From: Catajapyx aquilonaris | Taxonomy: Eukaryota | Assembly: GCA_000934665.2 (NCBI GenBank) | Contig: JYFJ02000721.1 | Span: 1-64,000, forward strand | Direction: 5' to 3' | DNA: 64,000 nucleotides | Shown here: positions 1-13,627 of the stretch, piece by piece | How the letters are laid out: every line of letters starts with the position of its first letter | How positions within the stretch are numbered: position 1 is the stretch's first letter | Made by a program: the position numbers and the translations under genes | Notes under the pieces: model-generated | The model's input: the letters and a program-made list of their open reading frames with translations, nothing else | Database searches by the model: none | What the model was told of the DNA's origin: nothing

Positions 1-659
1 TAGTCAAACTCCATATTCGACATTAGCCTACATTACATGGGAAAAAGAAATGGGTCACGATGAGAAGTAATTTTAAAACTCAGAAAAAAACCTGCTTGGT
101 TGCACTTTTACTGTGGTGTAATCTGATTCTAACAAAAGAAGGTGACACAAGCAGTAGTGATAGGCATACTCATGTCCAGAACTGTATGCTAGATTAGTTT
201 TTCCATTTTTGTACTGACAAGTTGGAATAGCCTACATCACAAAAAATGGAAATATTTTATGATTGTGAGAGCTTTGATCTCACCATTTTATGTGTTAAAT
301 ATTTGAAACATAATCTATGCAGATTTTCTGTTAAAAATCTGGGTCTTTGTAAAAAAAACGAGAGAAACCCAAATTTTCCTTGGAAAAAACGAAAAATCAG
401 GTTTTCCCTGGCCTTTACAACACTAGCCCTAACTGTGACAGTTTGGCCGAATCCGGGACAAATGGGCGTCACGAATAACACTTGAAAAAATCAGGCACAA
501 AGGATGAAAATTCGGGACTGCCCCGGAAAATTCGGGATGTCTTGTCACGTTACAGTTAGTATTTTCCATTTGGAATATATGACTTACATCATCCACCACA
601 TGCAATATTTGCGAAGGTGCGGTCTTATACCTTAAAATAGCTGATTTGAACTATATTTT

Positions 660-1192
660 TGGGGGGTCCAGGGCGGGGAGGGTTACAACTTCCCCCAACC
701 CCCTCCCCCTACGCCGCTGATCCTGGTACTACAATAATGCACTTTTGCAGTGTCGCTTTGTATTTATCTTGTCGTCTCATTTTGTAATGTCTGGGCCAAA
801 AGGTCAAGTTAATATACTTTGGCCTCAGCTGCTGTGGTCTCAAACCACGACTCGGACCGTCCGACCACGCGACCGTCCGACTTCGGGACATGTGGTGTGG
901 CTTCCGGAATATATTCCGGAACCCACACAATGACCAACGGCCGCACGGCCCACCGTCCGGTTGACATGCACAGCATACACCTTATGTATCGTAATGAACG
1001 CCCCCCCCCCCGGTCCCCCCATCCCTGGTCCCCCAAATTATTGAGTTATTTTTGATTTGGAATAAATTAGATTTGCGCATGTGCGTTTTGTACCTTAAAT
1101 AACGGATTTGAACTATAGGCCTATGTTTGAGGTCCGGGGGGGGAGGGGGGGTTAACCCCCTCCCCCCAACCTCCCCCCTCCCTACGCCACTG
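660..1192. mobile_element. Decayed DNA-transposon ends (two similar termini)
   Basis: Two related G-run/C-run hairpin-like segments end in TACGCCGCTG (710-719) and TACGCCACTG (1183-1192). This is the reverse complement of the CAGTGGCGTA terminus common in non-autonomous TIR elements. No matching left end or TSD was found. Confidence 0.35.
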
Positions 1193-1200
1193 CTAGGTTT

Positions 1201-1310
1201 GGTACTCTTTGGTACTCCCAGGTACTCTTTGGTACTCCTCGGTACTCTTTGGTACTCCTCGGTACTCCTCGGTACTCTTTGGTACTCCTCGGTACTCCTT
1301 GGTACTCCTT
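1201..1310. repeat. Minisatellite, 11 x 10-bp GGTACTCYYN
   Basis: Tandem GGTACTCTTT / GGTACTCCTC / GGTACTCCTT units. This repeat generates the repetitive spurious ORFs at 982-1500. Confidence 0.95.
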
Positions 1311-3011
1311 GAATTTGGTACTCCGGTGTACACTTTTCAGTCGAGTGATTACCCCCTTGCAAATATGTCAACACGAGTCGATAGATTCCACTTCCTTGAT
1401 TGGCAACAATCGTGATTTGGCCAGCAGCATGATAACACACTGTTGTGTTGTTATGAAATGCAAATGGAATCACTCTTATAGAGACAGGCTGGATCAGTGA
1501 AATCCGTCGTGATAGGATTAATCCGGATTGATTATAAAATATTGCGAATGGGGTTCATCTGCCCTCCGGATTAATTCTCATTTCAAGTTTGATGTAAATT
1601 GACAGAGTACATTCCTTTGATTTCTCTTTAAATATTTCAACGAGAGCGGCTAATATTTGTGCACAATAATTTGCAACCCTGAGGTCTACATGGGGTTAGT
1701 CCCTGTTTCCTGAATAATACTAAAACGCGTAGTGAGATCGGGATTGTCTGCATGGAACATTAGCTCACCTAGCTGTAAATTAATATCGTCGCATAATGAA
1801 GTATTTACAACCCACCGCCGAAAGGCGTTTGCTGTGTCCATATATACCCTGGGGCTGCCGAGCCTTATGAAAACTACAAAGTGTTTTATGGTGTGTGAGC
1901 GCGTGTGCAGGTACAAATTTGGTTAATAACAAGCTTTTAAAAAAAACTGGGGGGAAAAAGGTTTTTCTGCAGTTAACCGTAGCACCGTAAAGCGATGTGC
2001 TCGTTTGGCCCCTCCGAATCTCCATCACTTTCCTCTTTAACGGCGTCATTTGGAGAAGCTCATCATGCTATATAACTCCACCCTCGCCTTCTTTGGCTTT
2101 CGCAACTATGAAGATTGTTATTTAAGGGAATAAAACTTTTGGGGAGGAGGTGATTAATGGCTTCGGAGCACGTGCTGCGTCCATTTCTCACGGCTTCTTA
2201 GACAAGGGAGATGAGATGAGCCATAATAACAATAATCTCTTCCGACGACACGTGGGCAAACACCCGTCTATCACACTGGAAGACAGGCGATCAGATTCCA
2301 GCCCAAAGTGTGTACAGGGTGCTTCTTATTAATGGCAGACACCAGAGGGTCATACATTATAATAAAAAGATGTCTTCAGATGAAACTTAAGAGCCCACGA
2401 CACTTCCATCGCCTCAGATACAACCTAATACTGTAACATTTAAATTTACATATCAATAGTCTGTTCTGAATCATTATGAAGCACCTTGTACCAACCCGAA
2501 AAATGTGTCACAATTATGCGGTCGTTGCAATAAATATTCGCGGGCAAATTTGGCGCGGATCGGAATATTTGCGGCGGTAATGTGGTGCCATTTGTCCGGC
2601 TTTTGTGATGGAGGGGAGGGGGGGATATCGCTGGCGAAGGGAAAGCATTCTTCTTGATTTCCTGCGGGACAATTCGCAGAAAGTTTTGCTCCAACTAAAA
2701 TGGGGGAAATAATTAAAGCTTACGAGCGTTCCAGACTGAAAGAGATGGTTCCGGGAGCTTACGGCTTTAGCATTGTTTTAAATCCCAATTTTTCTGGGGA
2801 GTGGGAGAAATCGGAGGGGGCTGAATCTGTAAATTTATGCCCAATCGTCTTCAATTCGCGGAATTCCCCCCCAAGGGAATGAGTGTGTGCAGAGGGCGAA
2901 ATTTTCATTCCGAATATTTCTCCCCGTCAGCTACGATTTACCTCCCTAATCGCGCATTTGAATGCATGGCCGCATCACCTCCCCTGCTGCGAGTTCCAAA
3001 ATTGGAATTCA

Positions 3012-3038
3012 TGTTTCTTCTTCCGCTTCTATTTCCAG
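3012..3038 (+). other. Splice acceptor in front of the RASSF coding exon (implies an upstream 5'UTR exon)
   Basis: TGTTTCTTCTTCCGCTTCTATTTCCAG ends at 3038, 25 nt before the ATG. Confidence 0.65.
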
Positions 3039-3063
3039 AGGGAAGATCATAGCCGAACACAAG

Positions 3064-4338
3064 ATGGCGGCCGAGGTCCCAGTGTGGGTCAACGGCCTCC
3101 AGAAATGGATCACAGGGATCAGCAGGAAGACAACTTGTGAGGACATCATCAAGGCTCTGCTGAAGTCTGAGGACAAAGAGGAAAAGGACATGAGGACCTA
3201 TGCGATCATCGAGAGGTGGAGGAAGGTGGAGCGTCCTCTTGATCCAAAGTCGAGGATTCTGAAGGTGTGGACAACATGGGGGGACGAAAAGGACGATGTT
3301 AAGTTCACGTTAAAGAAGGTGAATCCAACTACCCCTAAGGATGTGAAGAGCCAGAAGAAGAGGAGCCAGAGGGAATGGCGGAAAGGTAGTCCCAGATTGC
3401 AGACGATTCATCCTCGAAGGTTGTCCGAAGAGGACGAGCGGTTCACTGACTCGATGGAGAAGTTGATGAAGCTGATCCTGGCTCAGGGTGAAACGATCCA
3501 ATCGCAACTGAGGAGGCTGCAGGATCAGGAGGAGCAGATAGAGGACTATGAGCATAAGATACATCACATGCGGATGGAAAAACTAGGCGCCAATTACTTG
3601 CTAGAGACATACCTGGGCGAAGAACTGAGCAACGACAGTGGAGTGGTCACTGATGGTCGGAAGGAAACGGACAACGACTCCAGTGGGTCACCGGTCAGCG
3701 AATCGCCCGAAATGAGACCACCTCCTCCTTTAGAACCTGAGGTCATAGTGACCGTACCTGCCCCGGTGTCAGAGGATGACCTGGAGGCCATCAGAGTGCT
3801 GGAGAAGATAGTGGACATTAACGACAGCCTGGAGAAGGAAGAGGAGAAGATTGTGGAAATGAGTGCGAAGCTTCGCAGGTACAGTCGCGAGCATTCGGAA
3901 CAGTGCGAAACGGACGTGACCTCGGAGATAGAGACGGCCAGAGCTGACCTCTCCAGCATGGTAGCCTCGACTGCGAACCAAGGTCTGGAGATAGAGCATA
4001 ACGAGAGAACACTACGTGAGATGGACCGAATGCTGGAGGACAGGTGTCGTTACCTGAAGAAACTCTTGGAGGACCTGGACTTGGCCGAAAAGGAAAGTCT
4101 TCGTCTGCACAATCAGCTGGACATGATTCAGAGTTTTGAACCGGAGTCGCCGTCAGTCGAAGTGATGACCACCGTGGTGCAAAAGCAGGTTCCGGTTATC
4201 CAGGCTGTTGGTCAGCACAGTAAGGTCACGACCTGCGAAAAGGACTGCAACGACACGGATTCCACCTCGGACACTGGACTTAGTTCCCTACACAGCAGTA
4301 GTGAAGAAGGAGTCTATGTCTTGGATACTTTGGTTTGA
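3064..4338 (+). CDS. RASSF10: N-terminal Ras-association domain family protein, RASSF9/RASSF10-like (Drosophila Meru-like), 424 aa, single coding exon
   Basis: N-terminal RA domain (EVPVWVNGLQKWITGISRKTTCEDIIKALL...YAIIERWRKVERPLDPKSRILKVWTTWG). RASSF9/10-type coiled-coil block (MEKLMKLILAQGETIQSQLRRLQDQEEQIEDYEHKIH...NYLLETYL). C-terminal DTGLSSLHS...TLV motif as in RASSF10. The ATG at 3064 is in good context (AAGATGG). A strong acceptor (polypyrimidine tract + CAG at 3036-3038) precedes it, so the first 34 aa of ORF 2962-4338 are probably intron/UTR. RASSF9 versus RASSF10 cannot be distinguished; the gene is likely a co-orthologue. Confidence 0.92.
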   Translation: MAAEVPVWVNGLQKWITGISRKTTCEDIIKALLKSEDKEEKDMRTYAIIERWRKVERPLDPKSRILKVWTTWGDEKDDVKFTLKKVNPTTPKDVKSQKKRSQREWRKGSPRLQTIHPRRLSEEDERFTDSMEKLMKLILAQGETIQSQLRRLQDQEEQIEDYEHKIHHMRMEKLGANYLLETYLGEELSNDSGVVTDGRKETDNDSSGSPVSESPEMRPPPPLEPEVIVTVPAPVSEDDLEAIRVLEKIVDINDSLEKEEEKIVEMSAKLRRYSREHSEQCETDVTSEIETARADLSSMVASTANQGLEIEHNERTLREMDRMLEDRCRYLKKLLEDLDLAEKESLRLHNQLDMIQSFEPESPSVEVMTTVVQKQVPVIQAVGQHSKVTTCEKDCNDTDSTSDTGLSSLHSSSEEGVYVLDTLV

Positions 4339-7300
4339 GATTAAAAAATAATTATTGGCAGTGTGCTCTCTAAAAATGGGGAGAATCTGCGCAAAAGGAA
4401 AAAGAATGGCAAAAGATTCGTCATAAAGAGGAATAAGTAGCACTCGCAATGAATAATTAAAATTTAATGATATAAATAAGAAATGAGAGCACGTATCATT
4501 TTGCGCAGATTCTTCGCAATTATTTTGAGTTATTTTTCGCTCTTTTTTGCACTTGAAGTAGCACCAAATTCTGAAGGACTTCCCTTAGAGTAGTAGTAAA
4601 ATTATGGGAATATTTTCCCGAGAATATTAAAATTGATACCGTATCAAACATAATATCACGCGTTAATTGAATAAGCAGAAATTTTCACTCAAATGGAGTT
4701 GATGCTATTATAAGTTGAAAAAAGAGCGAAAATAATTCAAATCCATCAGACAACAACTCTGAATAATGTATAGAGAGTATTTCAGTCCATCCGTTGTTAT
4801 TATTAATATTATTCTGGTCCACAGTTCCAGCGATTGAGGCTTTAAGGTTTATTAATAAAGACAGTTGATTAATAAAGGCGGGTCAATCTAGGTCATTGAT
4901 TATAATTATCTGGAAAGTAATACTCGAAGTTTACTTTCTCTCGGTTTTTGTGCCGCAAATTGTAAGAGGCAAACTGTAATTTCTTTTGCTAATTACACTA
5001 CAGTACTGTAGATTGGCACACTTGTTGCTATAAGAGCAGAATCCAACGATGATATCATTTAATGCAAATTTTTTTAAATCCAAAGAGCATGAGATCCAAT
5101 GTAGATGAAAAAAAAATGACGAATCGTAAAATACTATTTATTTTTAGTAGAGTTCTAGATAACAATAGTTGACTGTCGGTATGTACTATGAAGTTTAATT
5201 TGGTAACTAAAACTGTGTTTAATAAAATAGCTACAACAGTAGCCTTGAAATAGTAATGTAAGGATTTGGAGCAAATCAATATTGTGTACATGGTAGAAGT
5301 ATTTAAAAAAATTGTTTCTATTTAAAATTTTGTTGGTGTTATTTATGGTTGTTGTGCGCTTGAGCATTTTTGCAATGACTATATTTTTGTGCACATTTGT
5401 CATTTAATTTGTGAGCTTAAAATATTTTATGCAATATTACATGATGTAACGCTTTGCTCCAAACCCTTCGGATTTGTGTGAAACAAAATGAATGTTATAC
5501 CTATTAATTTATTGATTCGTACCCAAATTTTTTTCCTGCGTGTGATTTTAATACGTATTTTCCCACTTGAAACATAATGTGAAACAGTCAAGAAGATTAC
5601 CCTGAATGTAACCTATTTATAAACTTACGTGGTTGCAGAATGTACAGAGAATTGTAACATAGTGTATATGTAATACCCTTAAAGAGACTGTCCTTCCGTA
5701 GTTTCTAGCACAGCAACAAAATAGCACTGTCCCTGGCATTAATTTGTGGATTAGTGGCTGTACTCGATTAAATAATAATGAATTATTTGCTTACTGTTTC
5801 CAAAAATTATGACAAGATGTGAATTTTTTTCCTGTTCGGTTATTTTTTAGGTTGTTTACAGCAGAAAAAGCTGACAGCTGCGTGACTTAACGAGGTAAGT
5901 TTCGCAACCTAATTATTGCGTGATTGCAGGTAGTTATATTTTTTTAAAGGACGCATAAAATTCCGGGTTGTATATATTAAGCAAATAGTATTCAGGTTAA
6001 CGCATTAAAAGTCTGCTTAGCACATTTTGAAGGCTTCCGGGTTATTGTTCCAAGTGGAATAATGCCAGGTGGTGCGCTCAGTGAAAATATTGCGAAGAAG
6101 AAGAAAAAAAACACACAGTTTGATTTAATGGCATGCAATAAATTTGTTGATCCTTTGCTGCAGCAAATGCAAAAATCAGGAACGAGTGCAGCTGCAATGT
6201 TTACTCATACACATGATTAAATGCACCTGCTGTAATAATCAGTTGTTTATTGACGCCTTATTGGAATTAGAAATGCACTGTTGCACTCTGCAGTGATTAA
6301 TTAAATTCATCTCAGAAATTTCGATATGGTATTGTCAACTATTTGCAATATTAAAATTAATGTACGGAGTACATCAGATTATGTCGCACATGTAAGTAAA
6401 CCTGCAATACTTGAAGCGCACATGATGCGTCCAGGAAAATTGAACATCTGTTTTACACTGGACGCTTGCTGATTCCAGTTAAGCCAAAGTTACAAGTACT
6501 GTAATTGCGCGTTGTTGTTCAGAGTGCACAGCAGCACCACCATTTTTTTTCTCTATCTCTCCCTCACTCAACAGTCGCAAAACAACAGCATGATGTTCAC
6601 CTGACTCTCGCATTAATTTATATTCCCATGAGGAGTCAGTGGGACAGAAACGTGGGCTTTGAACACCCCCCTTTCCCGCCTACATTTTGTCGTTGCTGGT
6701 TTTGCTGTCATCCTCATGATGCAAAGGCTGGGGGTTTGGGCTCCACACTTTCATGCAGAAAGTTGCAAATCCCACAGCTATGCATCTTCAGTACTGAGCA
6801 TTAAAAACACTACGAGCATGATGACGGCAGGAGATTTGTTCAACTTTTTTTTTTTAAAAAAAGTTTACACATTAATACTCATTACTTTCGCTATAAACGC
6901 TGCCATTTTTTTGTCAGCGTTTGAATCATCTGTTTGTAAGGTTTTCGCCGCTTTATATTAATGGGAAAAGTGCATTGTTTGACCCAGCAACAACTTCTCA
7001 GAGAAGCAACCCATTGAGAGCCTATTCAACAATGCTGTCAAGTAGATGATGTCATTTACACATCGCGATTTCAGCGACAATTAGATTATTGTAACTGGCC
7101 GTTTCAGCACCTTTTCATCACCTTCCACCTCCCCATTAAGAAACCAATCAATCATTCAATCAATCAATCAAAATCCTTCAACACAACACGAACGTGAATC
7201 CCAGCAGTTTACCGCCATCTGTTGTCCCATCGACCTAACCTTCCAAAGTTGTGCAAAGCAGTGCTTCTCTCTAACGGACTAAACGAACAAACTGTACCAA

Positions 7301-10300
7301 AAAATAAGGCGCCTTTTCCAAACAACCGAACCTTCCCGAAGTGTGTGTTTGGCTTTTATTTACAGGCAAGTCTCATTTGAAGCAAATCCTCTTTTTTTTC
7401 TTCTTCTTTTCGAGGACCTGTTGCATTGTTCGGTCGGATTGAACTTTTTCTTCTCCAGAAGCGGAGTAAAATCCCCTCGAGGGAATTATTTGCTTGCCCG
7501 GTTTTAGAGGAGGACAGACACACACACAAAAAAGGAGGTCAGTGTAGAGTAATGGGATTTCATGGAGTTTAAAGAAGCAGGACATGAGACCTGAGCACTT
7601 GAGGCCTCTCCAAACACCGCTAATGGAAAGCGGCGCTGGTTTTACTGGAATCTTTGTGCACATTTGCATGTGGACGGAAACTAAGGACGTCAGTGGACAT
7701 GTAGCATCTACTCATGAAAAATTAATTTTTTCACTCAATTTTACTTCAATTATTAACTAGATATTCACATAATGACAATTTTTTAGACTGCTCGTAGGGG
7801 TTAACTAAAAGGTCAGGTTTACATAACACTGACGCCAGTTAGCATATTGCCTCATTTTATCTGACATACAGTCGACTATGGCCATATAATGGGCAGTGGA
7901 CTGGAGGCGTGAATATCAAATGGTGCTACGATCTTTTCCAGAGTGAATAACAGTCCGGTGCTAAACTTCAGAGAGGATATCACGCCAAGCCTAACTACTG
8001 AAGATTGTGTACGAGCTCCAAGGGAATACAAAACAGAAGCCGGTGAGGAAATGTGCCGCTTGAAGTGGAATAGTGCAGAAGGATTGTTTCGCTGTGAAAG
8101 GTATGACCTACAACTTATAAAATATATTTAGCCTCCAAACACAAATCAAGAAAAATGTTAAAATCTGTACATAAGTTTTTTATTTAATGGTGTTGATACA
8201 ACTTTAAAGTTCAACAAATGCTCTTACATAATCTGGAAATATGTATTTGCTTGAAAAGGTTACCGGTCAGGAACATCTTGAAGCCAACTCGGCCTGATAT
8301 TTATTTTATAGCCTCTTAAGTGCAGATGCAGTGCACGTAAGCTTCATCCTTTGGGAGGCAAAACAAGCCTATTAAGATGGCAATTATCAAGGCTTAGAAA
8401 GCTAAGGCTCGGGAAAATTTTCGCCAATAATTGCGAAACTTTTTAGCCTTAATGCAGCATGTTGCTCGAGTCCACCAAACAGTGCTGGAAAACTTGCGGA
8501 GTACATTTGCGTCATATGCGCCAGGTAATTGGGGGAGGGACGCTATACAAAAAAGGGGGCTCTTTTGCATGTCAATAACTTTTTGTTTTGTCACTTGAGC
8601 TTTCCAATTTGGATTTATAGTTGGCTAGACATCCATTGGGATGAACTATAGGCTTTTCTAGAGTGGTCGGGGGGGAAAAAAAGGACTAACTAGATCTGCT
8701 GTGTCTGTTAGATGAAAACAGCGTTAGTCGACTAACTCGACGCAATATTTTCTGGAGTCTGTGCCATCACGAAATACGTAAAGCCCGGAATTTATTCATA
8801 CTGTAAAACAGGCGTACGTGCTGAATAGAGCTCATCGCATTTGTGACCGAGACGACAAAGTCGCATGTCGCTTCCAAAAGAATGACATTTCCACATTTAG
8901 AGGAAACAAAGAGAATACTTCAGCCCGTAATGAATAATACCTTTTGTCTCCATACCAACCTGAAGACCTGACATTCAGAACGACCAAAGTCAAAATTTGT
9001 ACGAATATTGTTAGCCATTACACGTATTAGGCAGACTATTATTATTATGCTGTAGAAATAAAGTTGTATTTTTGCACTGAATTATTAACCCACACACGAC
9101 TGTGTGATTAATCCACTGCCTACTACATTCATTATAATTAAAATTCTGGCAGTTTTGCCAGCAATAACAGGGCGGCTGAATGCCTTCCATTTTACGTACT
9201 CACTGACGAGTGAGATCCGTTATTTGAAGTCCAGTAAACCGTGTTTATCGCATGCAACAATCACTTTAGAGCAGAATAATTTTATTGCTCCTCTTGTCAC
9301 CTTTTACTGCAGATCCCCCGATGTAAGCCTTGTGAGTTGTTACTATACAAGTACAAGCAAGGAAGTCTCTTGAGGGTGAAGTGGTTGACTGGGTTTTCCA
9401 TTAAGTAAAAGGCTCGGTATCTCTCGCTGAAAAAGTTTCTCATCCGACGAACTCCAAAAGTTTTTTAATTGAGGCGCAGGCAGTACATCATGTGAATAAT
9501 TACAGCATCAGTGTGCCTCTTTAAAAAATTAAGTTACGCTCGTTACCTCCAGGTTAATGTCACCTTGTAAAAAAAAAGTGGGAGACCAAGCAGGTGGGTT
9601 GACTTTAACTCGAGCCTAAAATCAACAACCGAGCCGTGAAATACACCCAGTTGTTTCCCACAGTTGATGGCAGGTTTTTCTTTCCAAAAAAAAATGGAGA
9701 AGCTTCAGCAAAAAAAATCTTTCAACGACACTGATGCAATATGAAAGCTGATTCCTTGCGACTGGATGCCTTTTCTTCCAAGCCATGAAGAAAGTGGGGG
9801 AGAGAAAAGTGATTGTATTTGAGAAGATTTTTTTTCTGGGGGGGGGGGGGGGGGGNCTCATTTTGTTAGGTCTCCGAGTTGGAATCGATGATCGTATCGT
9901 CATCGGAAAGAATTATCTCTTCAGGTTTCCGCTCCGAAGAACAGATTTACTGCGATGTGGTAGATCCTCTTAATGTGTTCATCTGCACGTGGCTACGATC
10001 ATCTAAGGGAAAAAAGATCCTCTTTGTTCTTTTTCTGCTGACGGAGCAGGCTATATTTTTAAAAGGTGAAATCATCCTAATTTAATAGACAATTGGCAAA
10101 AAATATTCCCAAAAATGTGTGATGGATGAAAAAAAAATATCACAATAGAACAGTGTGATGTCGAAAATAATGCTGTGAGACAGAGTTAATTTTATTTTAC
10201 CAGGGAGAGGAGAAGATACAGGATGAAAAGCACATAACGGACGACCACAGAGAGTAATCCCAACTGAAAACTGATTCATTAAAATCGTGTGGGAGGGAAG

Positions 10301-13300
10301 AGGGGGGGGGGTGGGTGGGAAGGGGGAAGCCCTTCATTTTCTCATCCAATGCCTGAGGTTAAAGCTAATCTAAAAAGGGAGGATTCGACGAACTTTTTTT
10401 TTTACCCCCACCCAATTATGCAATGTATAATTATAAAACCCTTCCCCTCGCAGTTATATGTATTTATTCCACATTATTATCCAATGAAGCATTATAGACA
10501 CTCGCAGGATTAAATTTGTCGTGGCCTCTACATTCGGCGATTGCAGACTAAATGTCACACAGAGTTATACTGTCTGTGAGATGGTACACTATATTTTGCA
10601 ATTTTTTTTTAAACCTACAGGAACACTTAGGTGTCATCGCCTGTCGCTCAACAGTAGCGCTTTTTATTGGGTATTTAGCGTTATTTGGGGGGGGGGGGAT
10701 AATTACAAGGAAAAAAGTTTGATACGAGGCCATTGGAGGAGTTTAAAATTTTGACTCAAAAAATAGGGGTGATCTAAGTACTTGGAAAAGAAAATAGTTT
10801 CCCGTTATTCCGGTGGAAGTTGCCTCTCCCATTTTGCTTCATTCTTCTTTTCTTGAGGCTCCATTACTTACGGCTGAGCTCTCTTCTGTAAAGAGACAAC
10901 AAATTGTGCTGGGTTATGTACACAAAGTATAATTAAAGTTTTCTTAACCCTTTTAGTCACAAACGCAGTGCGTCACGCATTGTAAATCCCATGCATTTGA
11001 ACCAGGTTTAATCCAACAGCGCGGGAGAATAGATTTGAATAGTTAATGCGAAAGGATTTAGAGGTTTCGTTGTCTGAAAATATTTGGAAACGCAGCCATT
11101 GTCATCGAAATGGTCCATTGTTCGGAACATATTTGGTAAACAGCGTTTAAAATGGATTTGCTTTGTTCAAAAAAGGGACTGCCAAGCATTATAATTTGGG
11201 ATTCCATAATATGAAAATAACCAACGTTTAAAGTGATAGTATAATAATGAAAAAAACTGTAATATTGCCATAATTACGATTTCCATTATTTATTTCCTGC
11301 ATTGTAAACCAGCCGTAACTTGACATGAGATGGACGGAGTAAATATCGGGCTAATTATTAGGCTTTTACTGATGCAAACATTTCCAAGTAATCCATGACA
11401 GACATTACAGTACACTGCAATGACCTGTCACATCAGCTTCAACCGTAATGTGTGTTACAAAGAGGTGGGTGTCATAATGTCAAGATGATTGTTGAACTTG
11501 GCCCGAGTTTACGGAGTCAAATCCATCAAGTTAAGTTATACAAGACTTTGTTTCATTGTTCGCCTCAGAGGCTTTTGTTGCGCCTTATCATTCAGTCACC
11601 CTGACTCTCAGGTGACCTCGTCTCTGATTATTCAATACCGCGAAGGTCAATGTGCGCTCGATTTCCCAGACATGAATATTTCAATAAGCCATTGGAATAT
11701 TTCATACGTAGAACTTGTTTCCAATAAAGTTCTGGAGCCAGACCAAAAAAGCCGAACCGTGTGATTTTGAATCATTTACTTTGCCCCCAGGGCCGCTGGC
11801 AGGCAGTTCAAATCCCGAAAACCCTCAGCAATGAAAATTTTAATCACAAATTATTATCCTACATTTTCTTGCTAATGAATCGCGGTCCTAGAAATCCGGA
11901 GCCCCAGTGTTAATCCCTCTTAATTGAACCAAAACTACGACGTGATTTTTAAACCGTGACAAAAATATAAGACCGAGACAAACCCAAGTCGACCTCTTCT
12001 CACCAGAAGGCACGTGAGATTTGACTAGAATCCTATTACTCCTTAATTACCGCAAATGTGGTTGCGGGATTGGCCAATATTGCGTCTAATTACTTAGCTA
12101 ACTAGATTAGTGGAAAGGGCTCCGTCTAGTACACTGTTTCCATTTCCTACGTTCTTTTATTTATCTTTCTCTTCTTACATTTTATGTGTGTGTTTTTTTT
12201 GTAAAAAAAAGCGGTTTTAAATCCGGTCTCCTAAAATGATCTCTCGTTAAAGCTTGTTTCACCACCCCCGGGCCACTCACTTTTATTGGATTGTGCTGGG
12301 CGCGTTGGAAGCGTTTAGTATGCTACCCGCTGGGGGGGAATCTTCATACCATAATTAGTGCTGAGTAAGGTCAGTTTAGAACAAACCGCCTTTTCAGGTC
12401 GACTTTAAACGGTTGTGACGAGCATTCTTGTTAGCAAGGGAGAGACTTTTAAAGGTCAACGCGGCATATTCTTTGAAGGAACCTGGGTCGATTTTTGAAG
12501 CTGTACTGTGGGTGTACTTGTAATTTACTGGGGACAAAATTAATTCCCCAAAAATTGGTGTGTTGTGCATTACACATGGTAGCAAATTTATTATACTATA
12601 AATTCAGATATGGATACAACACAATACTTGTAATTGACTTTTGGACTGACATTCAACAAACTGCTCAAGAGTATAGTAATAAACTATTTAATTTCTGCAG
12701 AGCTGCAGAGGTTTTGTTGAAGTTTGCTAACAAATTTAACAAGCATGTAATCCACCAGCTGGATCTTCCCTCCAACATTCAAATAATCCTTGTTTGTATA
12801 AAATAATTGTGAGCGCACTTCGCATGGTGTATACTTTCTCAAGTTAATAAAGTCTCCGATGATTTAATCGCAAGAATTAATTTTTTGTCAAGTTTCACGT
12901 CCAATGTTTCTGTCACATGAAGCGACTTTTAGTGACATGTAATAGATTACGCAGTTTATTGCTCCATATACTGTTTTAAGCACTTGGTCGTCTAATAAAG
13001 TGTTACAGTAACTAAAACGAGCAGGAAATAATTACGATTGTGTCTACATGAAATCAATGGCGTGTTGTACATAGCACATGCAGATGAAACATTTGTCTAG
13101 AAGTAATCGATCATGTTGACTCTGCAGAAATTGCGACACCTGTATTTGTTCATTTCGAAGTATGCCATATAGATCGTAATTGATGTGGAGCAAGCATAAA
13201 GTAAGTACACAGCTTAAGGTATATTTCAGTTGGAGCAGAATGATAAAGTGGGCGACTATAAATCAGAATTTTTTTGGCATGCATTTATGCCGAAGGTGTT

Positions 13301-13627
13301 TTCACATCTTCCGTTCTTGGTGCGAGGAGCCAGAATAGAAAAGGGTTCGATTACTATGAAAAATATATCCAATTTTCTGTCTAGCTTTATCTCGTCCTTG
13401 CCAACCATAGCGACACACCGGAAGAACTTCGATCTCTAGGAGAAAAATTGCGCACGGAAAAAAAACCCGATGTACGTATCTATCACCTCTTCGAGACCTT
13501 CCTGTATCACGTACCGTCGTGAAAATTGCACAGTGCAAGAGTCTGCCTTTAACAAATAGTCTTCAAGTCAGATTGCTCAACATGTTGCGAACTTATTGTT
13601 TTTCTTGATCTTCTATTGATTGAGTTG

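Noticed and set aside
1201..1310. CRISPR-like array
   Set aside because: There are no spacers; it is a simple tandem repeat in a eukaryotic context. The 29.8-30.1 kb repeats are likewise TIR elements.
982..1500. Repetitive ORFs (VPRSTEEYQR / GTLWYSSVLL)
   Set aside because: These are translations of the 10-bp minisatellite in several frames.
2962..3063. 34-aa N-terminal extension of the RASSF ORF
   Set aside because: It overlaps a strong polypyrimidine tract and acceptor, and RASSF7-10 proteins start directly with the RA domain.
5851..5894. 44-nt plus-strand exon-like segment (TTTTTAG...GAG|GTAAGT)
   Set aside because: Good splice signals but no partner exons or coding evidence; such pseudo-exons are common.
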